In this document: positions 39,201-49,307 of the stretch, in pieces
Layout: each line of letters opens with the position of its first letter
Numbering within the stretch: the first letter of the stretch is position 1
NCBI GenBank assembly: GCA_002269645.1
Contig: NIVC01001172.1
Span: 66,507 to 130,506 of the forward strand
DNA from: Macrostomum lignano
Taxonomy: Eukaryota
DNA length: 64,000 nt
Reading direction: 5' to 3'
Position numbers and translations under genes: made by a program
The notes under the pieces: generated by a model
What the model was told of the DNA's origin: nothing
Databases searched by the model: none
Seen by the model: the letters and a program-made list of their open reading frames with translations, nothing else

Positions 39201-41124
39201 ATTCAGCGGTGTTTTATTTAAATTCAAATTGGATTTTAGGTCGAATTGAACTGAAAAAAATCAATATGAGGGTGTAGAAAGTTAGAGGGAGTTAAGAAAT
39301 GTCTACCATGGCTGGATTGAGTTTCAATGGATAACCAATGTACATTGTATAAGACTTAGAAGAGGGGCAGAGAGAAAAAGCAAGAGATAAAAAGTTCTAG
39401 CATGGCAGGCTTGAGTGGCGATCGATAACCAATGTACATTGGATAAGACTTGGAAGAGGGGCAGAGAGAAAAAGCGAGAGATGGAAAAGTTCTAGCATGA
39501 CTGGCTTGTGGGGCGATCGATAATTTTAACCAATTTACGTTTTATAAGACTTGGAAGAAGGACAGAGAGAAAATGGGGGGACAGATAGCAATTTTGCAAC
39601 AAAGATTAAAAGTACATGTACTTTTCGCCGTTCACTTTAGGTGGACGCCCCGGACACCCTAGCAGCCAATCAGCGCCGACTTCGAGAATTCGTCGACCTG
39701 TTCTGGACTCGTGTGCAGGCCTCGGCTCCGGCCGTACCGCCCGAGATCGGCCGCCTGTTCGCGCTGATCCGCCAGCGCCTCGCTGAGTCCCGACGCCCCG
39801 AGCTCGGCGACACCCTGGTCAGCGCCAGCCTGTTCCTGCGCCTGCTCTGCCCCGCCATCCTCGGCCCGACCCTATTCGGCCTCACCCAGGAGCTGCCGAG
39901 CCAGCGGGCCGCGCGTTCCCTCACCCTCATCGCCAAGACAATCCAGAATCTCGCCAATGGTACCCTGTACGGCGCCAAAGAGGCCTACATGCAATTCATG
40001 AACAGGTTCCTGGAGGAGCGCACCACCGAGATGCGGCTGTTCCTCAAGGCGGCGTCGAGGCCCAGTCAGCTTCCCGACGCTCCGCCCGGCATTGATCTGG
40101 GCTGCGAGCTCGCCCAGCTGCACCTGCTGCTCAGCGCCACCTGCTCAGACCAGCAGCAGCAGCAGCTTCAGGAGCCCTGTTTGGCAGCTCTTTCCAGCCA
40201 CTTGGCCACCCTGACCCACTGCCTGCGACACGGTGGCTACCTTGCACCTGCAGCAACTCCAGGATCTTCGTCTTTAACAGCGGCAACAGTCCAACAAGAC
40301 GACGACGACGACTGGGTGTACAGCAACGTTGCGGAGCCTTCGCCGCCACCGCAGCCGCATCAGCAGCTGCCGCTGCAGCAGCAGCAGCCACCGCAGGCCA
40401 GGCGGCATCAAGAAAACTTGAATTATCAGCACTATCCAGCCGCGCCAAGCTACCAGCAGCAGCAGAGGCAGCACAGCACCCAGGAGGACTGGAAGAAGAT
40501 GCTAGAAGAGGCCAACAGTTTCGCTACTGCAACCAGCGTCCCAGCCGGTCAGCCGGCCAGCGGCTCCGGCGGCGTCGCCGGCTGCGCGGCGTCTGGCGCG
40601 GCGGCCTCGACAACCGGCAGCAGCGGCTACCAGAGCTTCGCCGCCGCCTCCCCGGTGCAGTTCTTCAACCCCACCTATCAGAAGGGCTGCCTGCCGCCTC
40701 TCTACTCCCAGTCGCGCCGCAGCTCCGACAGCTCCGAGGTCGACAACGACGACAGACAGCGCCGGCTGGCCGACGACGACTACGAGGGCGGCGAGGAGGA
40801 CGACGACGAGGACCCGCTGGACAGCCCGCCGAGGGAGCGGCGCCTCGGCGGCCGAGGCAGCTCCTCCTCCGAGATGGCCAGTTCAGAGGCGTCCTCGCTG
40901 GGCCGGTCGCAGCGTCATCAGTTTGCGCCGCAGCGTCGCGAGGTCGCCTCGCAGGCGTCGCAGGCGGCCGCCAGCAAAGTTCGGCCCCCCGTTGGCTGGC
41001 CCTCGCCGTCAGACGCCGAGGCGATGCGGCTGAAGACCCGGTCGCTGGGCCCGGGAGCCGGCCTGGACTTCAACAACTTTGGAGTCGGAGGCGCTGGTGG
41101 AGGCAGCGACGATTCGCTGATGTT

Positions 41125-41158
<34 letters not shown>

Positions 41159-42042
41159 GTTCGAATGGGACTAAGGTGAGGCTTGAGACTCGAGTCATTG
41201 ATCCATGGATCGGTTAAATGAATGGCTGATACGTTCGGTATGTTATTAATAGGGTGATAGGTTAAATAGATCGATAGACCGAAAAAGCAATTGGTTGAGA
41301 GATTGATAAAATGATAGAATGATACAATGACTTTTTATTAGAGGCAGGGGCTGTGTGCACCTGAGCAGGCACACAAGCGCGCGGATACGTACGCAGTCAC
41401 ACGCACAGGCACACACTCACACAGGAGTGTACAGCGGCCCTAACTTTATTTATCGTTGGACATGTACACTTCACTGTGCCTTGGGGGTTGACCCTCAAGA
41501 GCGTTAGTTGCACGAGGATGCAGAGCCAAGCCGAGACTCCAGTTTAGCCCCAAATTAATGAGACTGCACTGGGAATCGAACCTGGGCCGCTGCTAGAGCA
41601 CTGGGCTACGCCACTGGGCTACGTTATGACTAATTGATAGAAGGCAGGTGGGCAGATGAAGAACTAAGACTCCGAAACCCTGAAAAACCACAGAGCCACC
41701 CAGGGCCAGTCGCAGCAGCACCACCGGAGCAGCCAGCAGCAGCTGCAGCAGCAGCCGTCTCCAGGCTATGACAACGAGTTGCAGAAATTGCAGCGCGAGT
41801 TAGAAGAGACCCGTCAACGTCTCCAGGCCACGGAGGCCCGGTTGCGCTCCAATGAGCAGGAGAAGGTGCAGCTGATTGCCCAGTTTGAGAGCCGACAGCA
41901 GCAGCAGCAGCAACCTGGAAGCAACTCTTCAACGCCAAACTCCGCCAACCAGCAGCAGATGATGGAGATCCTGGAGCGTTTGCAGAGTCTGGAGAGCACC
42001 ATCACGGCCGGCAGGCGGCAGAATGCAACCGATTCGATCTAA
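32235..42042 (+). CDS. SynGAP/DAB2IP/RASAL2-family Ras GTPase-activating protein (C2, RasGAP and C-terminal coiled coil); about 1205 aa from the shared exons
   Basis: Phase-consistent GT-AG exons: 32235-32392, 33123-33385, 33958-34344, 36228-36335, 37620-37721, 37819-37923, 38490-39099, 39641-41175, 41694-42042 (TAA). Family motifs: [53 protein letters not shown] (C2), [23 protein letters not shown] (arginine finger), [12 protein letters not shown], and [16 protein letters not shown] (coiled coil). Confidence 0.93.
33515..33850. repeat. (TAGAA)n pentanucleotide microsatellite in a RasGAP intron
   Basis: Seen directly. Confidence 0.99.
34350..35068. repeat. 17-bp minisatellite (CAGCTCTGATCTCATCT), about 42 copies
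   Basis: Begins within 6 nt of the donor at 34345. Confidence 0.98.
35617..36193. repeat. 21-bp minisatellite (GGAGATCTGAATCTCACTGTA)
   Basis: Ends about 35 nt before the acceptor at 36227. Confidence 0.96.
37965..38425. repeat. Purine minisatellite (GAATGGGAATGGGAA) in a RasGAP intron
   Basis: Seen directly. Confidence 0.95.
41320..41625 (-). mobile_element. tRNA-derived SINE-like element in a RasGAP intron
   Basis: The minus strand has an A-box-like TAGCCCAGTGG (tandemly duplicated) and a B-box GGTTCGATTCCC. The body is shared with 58078-58150, and the tail is CTCTAATAAAAAG-TCATT-like. Confidence 0.6.
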
Positions 42043-42264
42043 CGCACCCTTGCACCCTTAGACATGACGGCGTCTTGATATTAATGTAGATTTGAAAATT
42101 TCAAGGTCGCGTATACACTGCAGTACCCCACAGGTGTTTTGCATTGCCTTGGAAATGAATTTATGTAACTAGAAAAATGTGCAATTATGTCAACCGTATT
42201 ACGAGAGTTTGCACACGCAGCAAGATGGCGCTTTACAAAGAGCAAACTGGTCATGCAGTTGTAA

Positions 42265-42270
42265 AATAAA
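42265..42270 (+). promoter_or_regulatory. Candidate polyadenylation signal of the RasGAP gene (a second lies at 42381-42386)
   Basis: AATAAA about 220 nt after the stop codon. Confidence 0.45.
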
Positions 42271-42654
42271 GAACAAGCTTAGCCTTTTTTCGGATGTGAC
42301 ACACATGAATTATAGATGCCCTGTTTCTGTTGTATGTACACTGTTTGTTGCTATTGGTCTTCTCTAGGCGCCACGGAGTTAATAAATATTTACACCTGTT
42401 GTCAACTCCCGCTTATCTCATGCTCTGACTCTCATTTTCTCTCTCGTTCGCATGCTTGGTTTTTTAAATTAAAAAGTTGTCACTTCAATTAAAACAAAAA
42501 GCTAGTTGTGTTATGCTGTTAGCATGGCGAATTGCCATTGCCTTCTTCGAACTCAATAAAGTTAAATACAAGCTCGTATTGTACACGCTGTCCTACTGTT
42601 GGTCAATGATTTATCAATCTATTTTTGGAAGCAAAAGTGGGGTGGGCGTCGCGA

Positions 42655-42962
42655 CCAATCAGCGTTGAACACCCCCCTTCGCCCATTTTCGACAACCAAT
42701 CAGCGTTGAACACCCACCCCTTCGCCCATTTCCGACAACCAATCAGCGTTGAACACCCACCCCTTCGCCCATTTCCGACAACCAATCAGCGTTGAACACC
42801 CACCCCTTCGCCCATTTCCGACAACCAATCAGCGTTGAACACCCACCCCTTCGCCCATTTTCGACAACCAATCAGCGTTGAACACCCACCCCTTCGCCCA
42901 TTTCCGACAACCAATCAGCGTTGAACACCCACCTCTTCGCCTATTTCCGAAAACCAATCAGC
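42655..42962. repeat. 43-bp tandem array carrying 8 CCAATCAG motifs
   Basis: Period-43 repeat CCAATCAGCGTTGAACACCCACCCCTTCGCCCATTTCCGACAA. Confidence 0.96.
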
Positions 42963-44267
42963 TTAGAGAGCGGGGCTTGTTCGTTCTCTGAATTATATTT
43001 TAACTAGACTGGAATACGACTACACTCTTGGTCTACATGAGTACACAGAAATGACGCTCTACCTGTTTGTTCATTGGTCTGTATAATTAAACCTGGCTAA
43101 CAACCTAACAAGTTAAATTATTCTTTTTATGGTTATGGCTAAGGATGTTTCGTGTCTATGACAGAAAGAGAACTTCGATCACTTGCTTGCCACCAAAGTA
43201 ATCAAAATGCACAAAATAGCTTGAACATTTGAAGGTCATTTTTTTACGCGATTTAGTCTATAGTAGCAACTACTTCGGTATTTAAATATTAGAAAATGTT
43301 CTCCTTCCTAAATGAGAAATTATCGTTAATTTTGCTCATCTCTGACATGCTGCTACAGATGGTCAATAACCCATTGTGGGGGGGGGACATCACAGCCGAA
43401 AAATCACAACACCGAATGTAAATAAAATTACGAAAGTATTACAAGCCCGAAATATCACTTAATAATAAATGCCATAGACTAAAACCGTCGTGGGTCGCAC
43501 GGCCCGCAAAATCATGGGACAACTTCATTGCTACACTTGCTGCTAATTTTAATGGATTTTTCCAATTGCTCGGCTTATATGATTAACTTCAGTGATAAAA
43601 GCATAGATGTAGCAGATGAAGCTAACAAGGCAAAACTGGTTTTGCGCGAATTGGTTATTCGAATTGTAAACAACAGTCGGGCACGGAAGCATCCACGAAC
43701 TGGCTCGCTTGATTTGGCTTATCACAGCGGCCTGGGGGTATCAGGCCGGCAGGGTGGCAACTGCGGTGACCCTTAAAAATTTTCTCAATCTGTAATCTGG
43801 TTTTGTCTGCGCGAAAGCTCTCTGAAACGTATAATATTAACCAAAATCAGCTATAAGCATTGTATGACATGATTTAGACAAATTCCGATGTTCAGTGCGA
43901 ACAGACGAGAAATACAAACTATAAAACTCCTTTACTGCTACTCAAGCGCAGTAAGTAGTAAGTAGTACATGAATGAACTCAATAAGAGTGAAACAAAAAG
44001 TGTTTGTTGAATAAGATACATTTTCTTGGCAAACGGTACGCGCAACTAACTGCAAGCATCATAAAACTGAAATTAATTGGCATTGTAAATTCCAAAAACA
44101 CACTGCTGGGAAGTAAGCAGTCTTAGCAGTAACAGAGCCAAAACAGAGCAAAGCCAAAAGAGAAATAAGATTATACACAAGATACTTCTAATGCATATAG
44201 ATAAACTGATAATCGATTGCAGAAAAAAACTCTTGTTTAGAACCAAAGTGTCAATAATTCCAACGCC

Positions 44268-44840
44268 TATGATCCAACCTGTCTATGAACCAACCTGCCT
44301 ATGACCAACCTGTTTATGACTCAAACTGTCTATTACTCAAACTGTCTATGACCCAAACAGTCTATTACCCAAATTGTCGATAACCTAAACTGTCTATGAC
44401 CCAAACAGTCTATTACCCAAACAGTCTATGACCCAAACAGTCTATTACCCAAACTGTCTATGACCCAAACAGTCTATTACCCAAACTGTCTATGACCCAA
44501 ACAGTCTATTACCCAAACTGTCTATGACCCAAACAGTCTATTACCCAAACTGTCTATGACCCAAACAGTCTATTACCAAAACTGTCTATGACCCAAACAG
44601 TCTATTACCTAAACTTTCTATGACCCAAACTGTCCATTACTCAAATTGTATATGACCCAAACAGTCTATTATCCAAACTGTCTATGACCCAAACTGTCTA
44701 TGACCAACCTGTTTATGACTCAAACTGTCTATTACTCAAATTGTCTATGACCCAAACTGTCTATGACCCAAACTTTCTATGATCAAAACTGTCTATGACC
44801 CAAACTTTCTATGATCAAAACTGTCCATGACCCAAACTAC
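44268..44840. repeat. 16/32-bp minisatellite (CTGTCTATGACCCAAA / CAGTCTATTACCCAAA)
   Basis: Tandem array sharing a 13-nt core with the array at 10030-10527. Confidence 0.94.
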
Positions 44841-46534
44841 TTGTCTCAATTTTTTACTGAGAAATTGTCAATACTTATTTTAAAAATGATCCCTTTAAAC
44901 TGGGTGATTTATAAGTAGGTGGTGTGTACGGCATGGCTAAAAAGAGGAGCACAGTGACTTACGAAGCAAGCAATGCAGTGGCTTATCAGTGCCATCAGCC
45001 AGAGCAGTGGCAGAAGAAACGGTTGAGACAGCCGCTTTGGCGCCTTATCTCATAAATTTTTGCTCAATTTTACTCGTAGTTGAGTCCTTAAGTCGTAAAA
45101 TTACCAGTTTTAGCTAATAAAAAATTGTCGAAACAAAGTCTATATATTATCTGGCGATTTTAAAAGTTCATAACTAAATTATTAGACTATAAAAAGTCTA
45201 TGGACAGCAGATAAAAAGAACTTGCTGAGATGTCTTATAAAATATTCTAAGAATTTTCACTTTCACATCAACCTTTCCTAGAAAATATTTCTGTAGAAGT
45301 CGTTATTTCGAAGAAAATTGTTTTTTATTCCCTAGAAAGTGCATATTTTCTTGGAGAATCTTTACTTTCGAGAAATCACAATTTACTAAAGAAATCGTTG
45401 CTTTTTCTTAGAAACAATGTTCAATAGGGCTAAGCACTAGAATTGCTGCATTTGCAATTATAAATGTTTTACAACCTACATTCAATTATAAGGTATGTAT
45501 CCAACCGTTTTCAAACTCAATGTTTGCAACATTACAACCGGCTTGAGTTCTACGAGAGCAACACATCTAGCTTGTCAAGAGGGCAAAGTTTCTCTAAATC
45601 TATATTTATAATTCTTGCTGGCGAATCTGGCTCGCTTCTTTAGAAGTGGAAAATTATCAAATGTGTGCTTTTAGAAGCAAAACCACCCCTACTTAGACTA
45701 ACCACTTAGCCTTAGCCATACAAATCGCTGCTGCAATTGTAAACTGGCAGTACAGTGCAGACAGGGCAGACCCCAGCAGACTAACAGTATAAAGAATTGA
45801 AAAGCAGAAATTCTGATGCGGTCTGCTGTCAACGCGAGTGAGCGAGCTACTTAAACAACCCTAAAAGAAGACCGCACAGTGCTTTCTGGCCACCTGAATA
45901 ATGGCTGGCCTGGATAAAGGGCGAGTTTTTTCGCAACAGCAAGACGATAAAATTACTCACTGAATTGGCCCAAAACACCTGTACAGCAGGCTGGAAGGAA
46001 TAAAAACATGAAGCACGATCATTGTATGGCCAGTAGCACCGTGGTACTTTGCACGATCTGACCCAAACTTGAATAGCACTTTGGTTCAGTTTTTAGCCTC
46101 AATTACGAGCGCACATACGAGCGTAGCACAAATAAGTTTTATAAACTCATAGCAGAAAGAAGAGTTTAAAAATAACAGGAAATGTTTTTTCTGGAATTTA
46201 AATAAATATTATCTAAATATGGATAGCTTTACAGTTCTTACATAGAAATTTCTACTTTCTAAAAATCTAATTTTCAAATACTCTTTTCAATAAAAAATAA
46301 AAAAGCTTTATCTTTAACCACACTAACCACCAACCATTAGATTCTATAAGAGTGTCGTCTTGAGAAATCTCTCTCTTCTACAATTGCCTATTTCCACGAA
46401 ATACATCTTTGCTACAAGCAAATTTCTCCAAGGAAGCCATTTTTCATGGAGAGCACAATTTTTTATAAATCCATCTTTCTTAGAAATCATTTTTTCTAAT
46501 ACGACTAGAAATCTGAATTTCCTACGAACCAGTG

Positions 46535-46858
46535 TTTTTCTAGAAATTGACATTTCCTAGAAATCTGTATTTCCTAGAAATCAGTATTTCCTAGAAATCA
46601 GTATTTACTAGAAATCAGTATTTCCTAGAAATAGATATTTCCTAGAAATCAGTGTTTCCTAGAAATCGACATTTCCTGGAAGTCTGTATTTCCTAGCAAT
46701 TGACATTTCCTAGAAGTCTGTATTTCCTAGAAATCGACATTTTCTGGAAGTCTGTATTTCCTGGAAATCGACATTTCTTAGAAGTCTGCATTTCCTAGAA
46801 ATCGACATTTCCTAGAAATCAGTATTTCCTAGAAATCAGTATTTCCAAGAAATCATTA
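46535..46858. repeat. 17-19-bp minisatellite (ATTTCCTAGAAATCAGT) just beyond the DEG/ENaC stop codon
   Basis: Tandem copies with a quasi-palindromic TTTCCTAGAAA core. Confidence 0.9.
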
Positions 46859-46864
46859 GAAACT

Positions 46865-49307
46865 TCACGCGGAAGCCGGCGGCCGGACAAGCGACTCGGC
46901 GGCACCATCGGCCTGCATCTCTAATTCTGTTTGGCAGTTTGCCGGCGTCTTTTTGCCGCTACTCGATCTGAGCCTGTCGGCCAGACTGTAGAACAGCTCG
47001 AATATCTCGCAGACAGTCAGCAGGCTGCAGCCGATGTACAGTCCCAGTAGGCCGCCTGTGTCCGCCAGGAAGGCGGTGAACGAATAGGAGCGAGAGATGA
47101 CCACCTGCGGCGAGACTGTGCTACTCGGCGCAATGGTGACGCTGACCATTGACTCGGCAATGTAGGACCGGAACACGCCTTCCAGGTGGGCCGGATGCTC
47201 ACCTGCTTGCCGCGAGAGTGACGAGCTGCTCAATATTGAGTAGAAACTCTTTGTTAGAGCAAGAGCTCAAAATTGATATGAACAAAAGATTTTTTTGCAA
47301 AGAGTTTGCCTGTCATTTGACTGCCTGTAATTTGACTGCCTGTAATTTGACTGCCTGTAATTTGACTGCCTGTCATTTGACTGTCTGTCATTTGACTGTC
47401 TGTCATTTGACTGCCTGTCATTTGACTGCCTGTCATTTGACTGTCTGTCATTTGACTGTCTGTCATTTGACTGCCTGTCATTTGACTGCCTGTCATTTGA
47501 CTGTCTGTCATTTGACTGTCTGTCATTTGACTGCCTGTAATTTGACTGCCTGTAATTTGACTGCCTGTAATTTGACTGCCTGTAATTTGACTGCCTGTCA
47601 TTTGACTGTCTGTCATTTGACTGCCTGTAATTTGACTGCCTGTAATTTGACTGCCTGTAATTTGACTGCCTGTCATTTGACTGCCTGTAATTTGACTGCC
47701 TGTAATTTGACTGCCTGTCATTTGACTGCCTGTAATTTGACTGCCTGTCATTTGACTGCCTGTAATTTGACTGCCTGCCCTTCCGAGAATATAAGCCTGG
47801 CTTGCTTCATTCCTATGCGGATATCCAGAAAGTGAGCAGAAAGAGTGAAAGACAGTTCTTCATGCAGACCGCCAGCTGTACACTCACCGCTGTCCAACTG
47901 CTTGGCAATTTTGATCAGCTCTGCAATAGCCGGCGCCAGGTGCTCACTGTCGTTGAACAGCGGCATTCTGGCGAAGTAGCTCACTGCCGAGCTGCCAACG
48001 CTGGGCCAGGTGGCGAACGAGAAGGACGCGCTGTACTCCGGGTGCTGGCAGGGCTGGGACAGCCGGCAGATTCGCTTCACATCGGCTTCGATCTGCTTCC
48101 AGTCGATTGGCTTGTTCTTCAGGGCCTGTATGCTCCGCTTGCTGGATTCGGACATGTTGAAGCAGCGCTTGGCGTGCCGCATGCTCCAGATGATGGGGTA
48201 GTGAGAGAACACGCAGTCCAGCTCTTGTAGCAGCTGCTTGGTCATCTCGTGATAGTAACAGGCCGCGTAGCTGTAGGTGAAGTTCACTTTCTCGTCTGTC
48301 AAGTAGTCCTTGAAGTTGACATTCGGATTGTTCACCGAGCAGTTGGTGCCGTGCAGATCGTGGCTGAAAAAGTTCTCCTCCATCTCGAGACTGACGGTGT
48401 AGGACTTGCCAGGCGCCAGCAGGAAGCTGGTCTCGTGATCGAACGACGGATAGGTGCCGTTCTGCACTATCAGCATAGTGAAGCCGGAGCTCTTGAGCTT
48501 CTCGATGCCGACGGTGGGGTGCCAGTCCTGGTAAAGAATCTCCTCACCAGAGTCGGGGTCAACCATGGGCTTGATGTGGTGCCCGGAGTAGGAGAAGTCC
48601 TTGAAGTACGGATCCGCCGACAGCTGAACCTCCAGCTTGTACATCTTGGTCTCCATCTGATGCCGCTGCTCCTCGGTCAGGACGAGCTTGAAGCAGATGA
48701 GGTTCTCTGGATGGCTGAACTCCTCCACTGCCACGCTGAAGGTCTCGTGCAGGGAGGAGATGTTGCACCGCAGGATGGATTGAGACTTGCGATGCGTCAG
48801 GTACTTGGTGATGAGGTCCACCGGTAGCGAGTTCTGGATGAACGAGGCCCGCGACTTCAGGCTCATGTGCATCTCACCGCTCGAGTTGCCGAAAACATCG
48901 TCGTAGAGTTTTCCGAGCCGTCTGATCTCCTGGTTCACCTGGCGGGCCTCCTCGGTGCTCAGGACGAACGGGAAGCTGCCCGAGTACGGGTTAATTGGGC
49001 AAAAGTACAAGTCGGGAAAAACGAACGGAACCTTGTCCAACTCGTACGACTTGCTGATTTTGTTCTCGCTGAGCCGCCTGACCAAAGTGCTGGCGTTGTT
49101 GAAGAACAGGCCGAGGAACACCAGGAACAGCAGCAGCCACATGGCCCGCATCGGGGTGCTGTGTGACGCTGCCGCCCGGCTGATGCCGTGGGCGGTGCTG
49201 CCGGCCAGAATGGTGAGCACTGTGCCGCTAAGGGCGGCGGTAGTTCGGCTGTTGCACAACTTGGCTGGGCAGCAGCCGCAGCAATCGTGCTTCTCATTGC
49301 TGCAAGC
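46865..49307 (-). CDS. DEG/ENaC (amiloride-sensitive sodium channel/ASIC superfamily) subunit, about 590 aa; first codon not resolved
   Basis: Exons 49307-47888 and 47205 (or 47202)-46865, with a phase-1 junction. Motifs: pre-TM1 STAHG, TM1 MWLLLFLVFLGLFF, FPDLYFCPINP, cysteine-containing thumb, and TM2 YSFTAFLADTGGLLGLYIGCSLLTVCE with the GxS selectivity filter. Confidence 0.93.
47305..47778. repeat. 15-bp minisatellite (ACTGCCTGTAATTTG) in the DEG/ENaC intron
   Basis: Seen directly. Confidence 0.97.

Noticed and set aside
42028-42042. C-terminal TDSI as a SynGAP-like class I PDZ ligand
   Set aside because: Position -2 is Asp rather than Ser/Thr, so it does not match the QTRV-type motif; evidence for another class is too weak.
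42655-42962. Regularly spaced repeats (also the 42-bp and 69-bp arrays) as CRISPR-like arrays
   Set aside because: The units are head-to-tail with no unique spacers, there are no cas genes, and the context is eukaryotic.
47254-47835. TGSQI/TGSQM pentapeptide and CHLTA repeat ORFs
   Set aside because: They are a 15-bp intronic satellite inside the DEG/ENaC gene.
47748-47887. In-frame continuation of the channel ORF (ECTAGGLHEELSF...QAVK)
   Set aside because: A strong donor lies at 47887, and the conserved pre-TM2 and TM2 sequence is in the downstream exon, so this is intron read-through.
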